The position numbers were made by a program, and so were the translations under genes. DNA of 33,462 nt from contig CAZJVM010000028.1 in assembly GCA_964549305.1 (NCBI GenBank), positions 1 through 33,462 of the forward strand, read 5' to 3'. This document shows positions 26,961-33,462 of the stretch, piece after piece. The DNA is from an uncultured bacterium (GTDB taxonomy: Bacteria; Schekmanbacteria; GWA2-38-11; J061). The notes below the pieces were generated by a model, which saw only the letters and a list, made by a program, of their open reading frames with translations, made no database searches and was not told where the DNA came from. Position 1 is the first letter of the stretch; each line of letters starts with the position of its first letter.

Positions 26961-29135
26961 TTATTTTCTGAGGGAATTCAAACACACGGAAACGGAACTC
27001 AAACTCATAAGCGCCGCGGAAAGTACCGGAGGAAAATAGCCGAGTGCGGCAAATGGAATGGCAACGATATTGTAAAAGAATGCCCAGAAGAGATTTATCT
27101 TTATCTTGCGAAGCGTTCTTTTCCCTCTTTCTATGGCGCTGACAACTCCCCTGAGGTTGTTGTTCAAAAGCACGATATCCGATGAGAGAGGCGCAAACTG
27201 TGATGGTTCATTCATCGCAACACCTATATCAGCCTCAACGAGCGAAGGTGTGTCGTTTATTCCGTCTCCGGCGAAAAGAATTGTTTCTCCTTTTTGTTTT
27301 CTTTCTTTTATTACATTAATTTTATCTTCGGGCAGAAGATCTGATGCGTAGAAGTCAAGCCCGAGGATTTCCTGTGCTCTTTCGGCGGTTATTTTGTTAT
27401 CTCCTGTGAGCATTCCGGTTTTAATTCCCTTTGATTTGAGCTTATTTATTACTTCAACTGCCTCGCTTCTCAACGTGTCTTCAAAAACGAGAATCGCGTC
27501 TAATTTTCCCGAATCAGCATAAAATACTGCCATTGATCCCTTAGCGATGACTTCATTTTTCTTTTTCAGAAACCCTGCCGAATCCTTTATGGAATGTTTT
27601 TCCATCAACGCTTCATTGCCTATGAGAATTTTCTTATTTTCAATAATTCCTTCGGCGCCCAATCCCGGATAATATTTGACATCTTTTGTGTCAATTTTGA
27701 AATCACCTGTAAATGAAGACACTATTGCTTTTGCCACAGGATGGTCTATGTTTTTTTCAAGCGATGATGCGATTCGGAGAATATCGTCTTTGTTTGTGTC
27801 ACTTTCCTCGCTTATGACAATATCCGAAAGCCGCAAAACTCCCAATGTAAGAGTCCCTGTCTTGTCGAATATTACGGAATCGATGCTGTTAAGTTTTTCA
27901 AGGGATTCGGGATTTTTAAAGAGAATTCCCTCTTCAATCCCCTTTGAAATCGAGTTGCTTATGGCAAGCGGTGTGGCAAGACCTAAAGCGCAGGGACAGG
28001 CAACAATCAATACTGATATGGTTGACATAAGAGCGACGCGAAAAGGGGTATTTACGGCAATTTGCACGGCAAAAGTTAAAACTGCGCAAGCAATTACAGC
28101 AGGCACAAAAACAGATACGACTTTGTCCGCGAAACGCTGAGCAGAGGCTTTTTGGAGGAGAGAATCTTTTATAAGATTAATTATTCCCGTAATGTAGGAA
28201 TTGTCGGCGTCACTTATTGCGCGACACTTTATCTCACCCCACATATTCGATGTGCCGGCGACGACTTTGTCTTCCGCGTTCTTTTTTACGGGAAAGGATT
28301 CCCCCGTAAGAAGACTTTCGTTTATTTCCGTATTGCCTTCTTCAATAACTCCGTCGCAGGGGATTCTCTCAAAGGGGTGTACGATAAAGATATCCTCTTT
28401 TTGTATCTTTTCTGCCGGTATGCTCACCATTTCTCCGCTTTCTCTGTCAATGACTGTTGTCTTTACTTCGAGAAATTCTCTGAATTTTTTAAATACGGAA
28501 GTGACATTTCCTCTTGCGTATGCCTCGATTGTGCGTCCCGCGAGGATGAATGTTATAATCATCGATGCAGTGTCAAAATAAACTTCTCCACCCTCCTGAA
28601 TTTGATAAATGCTGTATGAGTACGCAGTCAATGTGCCAATGCTGATAAGGGTGTCCATTGTTATAGTTTTTCCGAAAATTCCTTTAAACGCGCGATAATG
28701 GAAATGCCATCCGCAATAGAAAACTACAGGGGTGGAAAGAATAAGAGAAATGAATTGAAAGAATAATTTTGAAGTCTCGTCCATTCCCTTGAAATAGCCT
28801 GAGTAAAGGGCAAGACTTGCAACCATTAACTGCATCGTGAAAAAACCCGCCGTCCCCAGTCTGTACAGAAGGTTTCGTCTTTCATCTTTTAAGCTCTTTT
28901 CAATGTCTTCATAAAAGAAATAACGGGCGCGATATCCCAGAGAATTGATTGCGGAGATGATTGCCTCATCGCTTGTTATGTCCTCGTCAAGACAAGCCGT
29001 GGCAATTCCCGTGTTTCCGGAGAGAGAAAAGGATAAGATGCCGTCGATTTTTTCTATTGCTTTATCGATGGAATTTACGCACGAAGCGCACTGAATGCCG
29101 TCAATTTTAAGAGTGATTTCCTTTTCGGATTTCAT
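26961..29135 (-). CDS. ccoI: Cu(I)-type P1B ATPase, CcoI/FixI by context
   Basis: HMA CASC, TGES, CPCALGLATP, DKTGT, GDGIND, YN and MSLSS; lies downstream of ccoNOQP. Confidence 0.85.
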   Translation of the reverse strand: MKSEKEITLKIDGIQCASCVNSIDKAIEKIDGILSFSLSGNTGIATACLDEDITSDEAIISAINSLGYRARYFFYEDIEKSLKDERRNLLYRLGTAGFFTMQLMVASLALYSGYFKGMDETSKLFFQFISLILSTPVVFYCGWHFHYRAFKGIFGKTITMDTLISIGTLTAYSYSIYQIQEGGEVYFDTASMIITFILAGRTIEAYARGNVTSVFKKFREFLEVKTTVIDRESGEMVSIPAEKIQKEDIFIVHPFERIPCDGVIEEGNTEINESLLTGESFPVKKNAEDKVVAGTSNMWGEIKCRAISDADNSYITGIINLIKDSLLQKASAQRFADKVVSVFVPAVIACAVLTFAVQIAVNTPFRVALMSTISVLIVACPCALGLATPLAISNSISKGIEEGILFKNPESLEKLNSIDSVIFDKTGTLTLGVLRLSDIVISEESDTNKDDILRIASSLEKNIDHPVAKAIVSSFTGDFKIDTKDVKYYPGLGAEGIIENKKILIGNEALMEKHSIKDSAGFLKKKNEVIAKGSMAVFYADSGKLDAILVFEDTLRSEAVEVINKLKSKGIKTGMLTGDNKITAERAQEILGLDFYASDLLPEDKINVIKERKQKGETILFAGDGINDTPSLVEADIGVAMNEPSQFAPLSSDIVLLNNNLRGVVSAIERGKRTLRKIKINLFWAFFYNIVAIPFAALGYFPPVLSAALMSLSSVSVCLNSLRK

Positions 29136-29235
29136 CTGCGGGTATTATTTCTGGTGAAGGTTTAAACCGCATTATGCAGTAAGACTGCAATTTTATGTTT
29201 GCGAAACAGACAGACCCATTGAAAAAAAATAAATA

Positions 29236-29724
29236 TTACAGAAAATCAATAAAATCGATAACCTTCCAAATCTGTTCTTCAGAAAGGTCTTCCTTAAAAG
29301 AAGGCATCTCGTTGTCCGTGTCTGCACCGCGTCCCTTGGTTATGACATCAAACTTTTCTTCGTCGCCTGCGCCGTATTTCCACTCCGAGTCAGTGAGGTT
29401 TGGCGCGAAGTCTCCTGTCGCGTCTTCGCCGTGGCAGTCCGCGCAGTAGTCTGCAAAAATTGTTTTTCCTTCCCTAACTGCCGAAGCGTTTTTTTCAAGG
29501 GGAATTTCCTGCTTCAGGTCTCCAACATTGTCACCGGGAGTTTTTGCCGTCGAGAGATAATCCTGCTGAGATGTCCATCCGGAAATTGCCGGAGTGAAGC
29601 GGACAACATACACGATGAGGAAAACTGTTACAACGGCAAAGAGCACAAGGAAAACAGGAGGTACTGCGTTTTCAGTGCAGTTGTTGTCCACATCCTGAAT
29701 TTCTTTTTTTTCATCGATCGCCAT
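29236..29724 (-). CDS. ccoP: Monoheme CcoP-like membrane-anchored cytochrome c
   Basis: ENAVPPVF plus TM helix (CcoP N-terminal-like), single CADCH, PNLTDSEWKYG, MPSF axial Met. Confidence 0.75.
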   Translation of the reverse strand: MAIDEKKEIQDVDNNCTENAVPPVFLVLFAVVTVFLIVYVVRFTPAISGWTSQQDYLSTAKTPGDNVGDLKQEIPLEKNASAVREGKTIFADYCADCHGEDATGDFAPNLTDSEWKYGAGDEEKFDVITKGRGADTDNEMPSFKEDLSEEQIWKVIDFIDFL

Positions 29725-29769
29725 TTTTTTCCTCCTCTATGCAGAGCTTTTTCATTCTACTGAAACTTA

Positions 29770-29940
29770 TTAATCTTTTTCATCAGTTTTTACTGCTTCA
29801 TTTTCATTTTCCAGAATCTTGAATTTCGGATTTTCTACTTTATCATAGCGTTTCCCGTTGAAGTAGTATGCGACTATTGACACAAATACCACGCCAAAAG
29901 TCGCGATGATAGCAAGATATAACCACTGGTTTATAGACAT
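29770..29940 (-). CDS. ccoQ: cbb3-type oxidase small subunit CcoQ/FixQ (56 aa, absent from the ORF track)
   Basis: Hand translation MSINQWLYLAIIATFGVVFVSIVAYYFNGKRYDKVENPKFKILENENEAVKTDEKD: single TM helix with a KR..VE.PK.KIL tail, located between ccoO and ccoP. Confidence 0.8.
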   Translation of the reverse strand: MSINQWLYLAIIATFGVVFVSIVAYYFNGKRYDKVENPKFKILENENEAVKTDEKD

Positions 29941-29963
29941 AAGTTATTTACCGCTTTAAGTTC

Positions 29964-31169
29964 TTATCCTTTTTTGCCGGACAGGCTTCTTATGAATGTA
30001 ATTGCCTGCCAAATTTCATCATCTGGTATTTTTCCTCCCCAGTGCGGCATGCCGCCCTTTGTGCCGTTATAAATTGTTTCAAAAAGCGACTTATCGGAAT
30101 TGCCGTATTTCCACTCACTGTCCGTAAGGTTAGGTCCTATATTCCCGCTTCCATCTTCTTTATGACATATGGCGCAATTGGTTTTAAAAACCAGTTTGCC
30201 TGACGCTATTATTTCGTTTTTTAACGAAAAAGGGTTTTTTGCCCCGTCGGGCAGGGTCAGTTTTTCGCTCGATTCAGGTTCGGTGCCCTTGTTTGCAATT
30301 GAACCTACAAAAGTTACGACTTTCCAGATATCGTCTTCAGATATCTTGCTGCCGAATTTAGGCATTCCTTTCGGTCTTCCGTCATAAACTGATATGAATA
30401 TATCCCTGTCAGCGTTTCCGTAAATCCATTCCGTATCAGTCAGGGCGGGGCCTATTTTGCCTCCGCCGTCTGCACCGTGGCAGGATTTACAACGTTTCAT
30501 AAATATTTCTTTTCCCTGTGAAACTGCGGTATCATCGTGTTCGAAGGGGTTCTCAACGCCTACCGGCACGATATCTTTCGCTTTAGTGGTGGTTTCCGTT
30601 ATTCCGCTTCTTCCGAGTTTCTGTATATACGCGATTAACGCGTCAAGCTCGGTTTTGTTCTCCAATGCAATCAATTCGGCCTCTTTATAGGGAAATCCCA
30701 GAGTATCCATCTTCCTGAGTGTTAGCGATGTATCGAGGGGAGTCCCGGCAAGAAAGGCGTATTTCGGCATTATCGAACCCGCGACAATACTTCTCGGATT
30801 TTTGAAATGCTCGATGTGCCAGCTATCCGGATATTTACCGCCTATGCGGGCAAGGTCGGGTCCTGTTCTTTTCGACCCCCAGAGAAAGGGAGTGTCGTAT
30901 TCGAATTCCCAGGCTTTCGAATAATCGCCGTATCTCAACTTTTCCTCGGGAAGCGGGCGAACCGTCTGCGTATGACAGTTGTTGCATCCTTCCCTGATAT
31001 AGATATCCCGTCCCTCGAGTTCGAGAGCAGAATAGGGAGTGTTTTTTTCGTTATGGGGAGTCATCATATCTGTGATGTAAAAGGGAACAACCATTGTTAC
31101 GACGGTACCGATAAGTATTACCACAAGTGCCGCCACAGTAAGGAGAACAGGTTTCTCTGCAATAGCCAT
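29964..31169 (-). CDS. ccoO: cbb3-type oxidase subunit II with two extra C-terminal cytochrome c domains
   Basis: EGRDIYIREGCNNCHTQTVRP, WGSKRTGPDLAR, SIMPKY; additional CKSCH and CAICH domains. Confidence 0.93.
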   Translation of the reverse strand: MAIAEKPVLLTVAALVVILIGTVVTMVVPFYITDMMTPHNEKNTPYSALELEGRDIYIREGCNNCHTQTVRPLPEEKLRYGDYSKAWEFEYDTPFLWGSKRTGPDLARIGGKYPDSWHIEHFKNPRSIVAGSIMPKYAFLAGTPLDTSLTLRKMDTLGFPYKEAELIALENKTELDALIAYIQKLGRSGITETTTKAKDIVPVGVENPFEHDDTAVSQGKEIFMKRCKSCHGADGGGKIGPALTDTEWIYGNADRDIFISVYDGRPKGMPKFGSKISEDDIWKVVTFVGSIANKGTEPESSEKLTLPDGAKNPFSLKNEIIASGKLVFKTNCAICHKEDGSGNIGPNLTDSEWKYGNSDKSLFETIYNGTKGGMPHWGGKIPDDEIWQAITFIRSLSGKKG

Positions 31170-32563
31170 CAGTCAGCCTCCTTTGGTGAAGTTTTTAATG
31201 TCATTACAACGTTGTACGCGAATATTATAAAACCAACAAAATATATCATTCCTCCCACTGCCCGTGCTGCCCAATAGGGTTTTGTCGCATTTATTATGTC
31301 CATAAATGTATATACAAGACTGCCGTCAGCAGTTACCGCTTTCCATTTAAATCCCTGAGCTATACCTGCAATCCACATACTGACCGTATAAACAAGCTGA
31401 CCGGAAAAGACGAGCCAGAAATGGGCGTTGGCGAGTTTTACGCTGTGTATGCCGTTTTTGTTTAACTTTGCCACAATATAATAGATGCCTCCGCAGGTTG
31501 TAAGCGTTACCCATCCCATAGTTCCCATATGCACGTGGCCGATGATATAATCGGTATAGTGTACGATTCTGCTCCAGGACCTGATTGCCTGAGAAGGACC
31601 CTGAAGAGTCTGAAGAGCATAGAAAAGCATTCCCACAACGAAGAATTTGGTTAAATAACCGGTTTTCATCTTCTCCCAGTTGCCCTTCATCGTATAAACA
31701 CAGTTGATGACTGTTGCGTATGAGGGCGCAATCAGGAATATGCTGAAAGCGATTGCCACAGTTTCTATCCAGTCGGGCATTGGCGTATATATAAGGTGGT
31801 GCGCGCCTGTCCAGAGATAGGCAAAAAGGAGCGACCAGAAACCGATTATCGAAAGACGATGGCTGTATATGGGAAGGGATGTGGAAACAGGGAGAAAATA
31901 GTAGAAAAAACCGATTATCGGAGTTGTGAAGAGAAATGCCACAACATTATGCCCGTACCACCATTCGACATTTGCATCGTTTGCGCCCCTGTATATGCTG
32001 TAGGATTTCAGCAACGATACCGGTACTTCGAGGTTATTGACGATGTAAAGCACCGCTATTGTGACTATTGTCGCTATCAGATACCATCCGCTTACATAGA
32101 GATGTTTCTCCCTGCGGTTAATGATGGTGCCAAAAATATTTATTGCGAAAATGACCCAGATAATAACTACGACAATATCCAGCGGCCATTCAAGTTCGGC
32201 ATATTCCTTCGAGGTGTTTATTCCCGCAAAGAGGGATATTGCCGCAAGGGCTACGGCAATATTGAAGAGATAAAGATTGAATTTGGCCAACCTCGGCGCG
32301 AAAAGGGAAGCGCGCGTGAGCTTTTGCACCATATAATAGTAGATTCCGATAATACTGCCTACGGCCATTCCGATTGCAAGGCCGTTTGTATGCACGACGC
32401 GCAGTCGTCCGTATGTTATCCACGGCGCGAAATTCATTCCGGGCATAATAAGCTCGAGACTCAAATAAATGCCAAGGAGCAATCCGACTATGCCCCAGAA
32501 AACCGATGAAAGGATAAACCCTTTTGAAGCGGAAAAATTGTAATCTGCATTTTCACTCATCAT
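31169..32563 (-). CDS. ccoN: cbb3-type cytochrome c oxidase subunit I
   Basis: YGRLRVVHTN, KEYAELEWP, WWYGHN, YLWTGAHHL, IGHVHMGTMGW: all six His ligands and the helix-VII Tyr are present. Confidence 0.96.
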   Translation of the reverse strand: MMSENADYNFSASKGFILSSVFWGIVGLLLGIYLSLELIMPGMNFAPWITYGRLRVVHTNGLAIGMAVGSIIGIYYYMVQKLTRASLFAPRLAKFNLYLFNIAVALAAISLFAGINTSKEYAELEWPLDIVVVIIWVIFAINIFGTIINRREKHLYVSGWYLIATIVTIAVLYIVNNLEVPVSLLKSYSIYRGANDANVEWWYGHNVVAFLFTTPIIGFFYYFLPVSTSLPIYSHRLSIIGFWSLLFAYLWTGAHHLIYTPMPDWIETVAIAFSIFLIAPSYATVINCVYTMKGNWEKMKTGYLTKFFVVGMLFYALQTLQGPSQAIRSWSRIVHYTDYIIGHVHMGTMGWVTLTTCGGIYYIVAKLNKNGIHSVKLANAHFWLVFSGQLVYTVSMWIAGIAQGFKWKAVTADGSLVYTFMDIINATKPYWAARAVGGMIYFVGFIIFAYNVVMTLKTSPKEAD

Positions 32564-32976
32564 TGCTCTCCGGTATTTTTTAGAATTTTAGTAAAATTGT
32601 AGGATTTGAGGCATTTTATGAAATTTGCCTGAATTTCTTTACAGGTTTTATGAAAAGGGCAGGTTTTGCTTCTTTTGCAGGCACCTTCTTTTGTGAGACA
32701 AACATTTATTTGGGGCAGTCCCTCCATTATTTCAATGATTTTTAAAAGGGTAATTTTATTGGGAGGTAGCAAAAGCGCATATCCGCCTTTTTTGCCTCTT
32801 ATCGGTTTCACAATACCGCCATTAGTCAATTTCTGAAGTATCTTTGCAACAAATGCGGAGGGTATTTCTTCTTCGTCGGATATTCTGCTCACATTGGAAA
32901 ACTTCGACATCCGTCTTTTTGAAAGATGGAGAATACATCTTATCGCATAATCGGTTTCTCTTCTAAGTTTCAGCAA
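32560..32976 (-). CDS. Rrf2 family transcriptional regulator with three-Cys Fe-S motif
   Basis: TDYAIR, KILQKL...G.V...RGKKGGY.L, C-x6-C-x5-C-x2-H; stop overlaps the ccoN start (ATGA). Confidence 0.92.
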   Translation of the reverse strand: MLKLRRETDYAIRCILHLSKRRMSKFSNVSRISDEEEIPSAFVAKILQKLTNGGIVKPIRGKKGGYALLLPPNKITLLKIIEIMEGLPQINVCLTKEGACKRSKTCPFHKTCKEIQANFIKCLKSYNFTKILKNTGEQ

Positions 32977-33112
32977 TAAGCACCTTTTCTTTGAATTGAT
33001 GAAACACGTTACAATGAGTACCGCAATAAGGTAAAAAATGCGTTTGTAACTTTCAAATTACCCATAACATCCGCCTTCTTGTCAAATAAATATTTTAAAA
33101 CATTGCCGGCAA

Positions 33113-33143
33113 TCAATACAGGAGTAAAATAGTCCTGTATTGA
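33113..33143. promoter_or_regulatory. Palindromic operator, probable Rrf2 binding site
   Basis: TCAATACAGGA-gtaaaatag-TCCTGTATTGA, a perfect 11-bp inverted repeat about 140 nt upstream of the rrf2 gene. Confidence 0.7.
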
Positions 33144-33423
33144 ATATTCTATAAATCATAACCAATCGATATGAGTCAACATTTTTTTTACTGCGTGCTA
33201 TAAAAAAACGGGAAGCGGCTTAAAGACAAATATATTATTGCAGTTGACGATTCAACGGATAAAATATTAGAGTCTAGAAAACCGCGAATAGTGCCGCAAC
33301 ACTAAATTAAGTTAGGCAGAGAGCGTGACATCATTTGTCGTTACGAACTCATTTGCGGCACGAGTCGGATTTTATATCTGTCAGGCGGGGTAAAAATATT
33401 TTTATTGACAAAATAAAAATTAA

Positions 33424-33452
33424 TTGACAAAAGACTTTGTGACGATTAAGAT
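33424..33452 (+). promoter_or_regulatory. Putative sigma70 promoter for a gene beyond the window
   Basis: TTGACA-N17-TAAGAT; ATTGACAAAA occurs twice, 19 nt apart. Confidence 0.55.
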
Positions 33453-33462
33453 GTCCGGTATT

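Noticed and set aside
31796-32509. Long antisense ORFs (for example 31796-32509, 2356-2943, 20459-21052, 10849-11346)
   Set aside because: They lie opposite well-supported genes and have no recognisable motifs; they are shadow ORFs.
33243-33256. GTTGA-cgat-TCAAC as an FNR box
   Set aside because: The spacing is 2 bp shorter than TTGAT-N4-ATCAA.

Overview
Gene-dense bacterial window with AT-rich intergenic DNA. I found no rRNA, tRNA, CRISPR array, transposase or integrase. The gene content suggests an anaerobic or microaerophilic, non-photosynthetic organism (inference only). From left to right: a partial threonine dehydratase and an orphan oligopeptide-type ABC ATPase; an ABC-2 exporter pair and a CydDC-like ABC pair; a minus-strand RiPP-like maturation operon (PqqD/RRE, radical SAM-SPASM, HprK/ScmC-like P-loop protein, S26 peptidase, nucleotidyltransferase) with no precursor visible; an LsrF-like aldolase/thiolase with a Zn-dehydrogenase; azoreductase, methyltransferase and apgM. 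Next comes the most unusual block (about 17.2-23.6 kb): two divergent ferredoxin-dependent bilin reductase (FDBR)-fold proteins, a 2x[4Fe-4S] ferredoxin, a DUF2621/PCP_red-like helical protein, a DUF169 protein, two SDRs and a Cys-rich protein with an internally duplicated putative metal-binding domain. A shared GTTCA-type motif recurs in its intergenic regions. The window ends with a detached ccoS, an MFS transporter, an RTX-repeat/alpha-beta-hydrolase fusion, and an rrf2-ccoNOQP-ccoI cbb3 oxidase operon. That operon has a triheme CcoO, a ccoQ missing from the ORF track, and an IscR-type palindromic operator. All family calls come from reading motifs by eye; no database searches were run.
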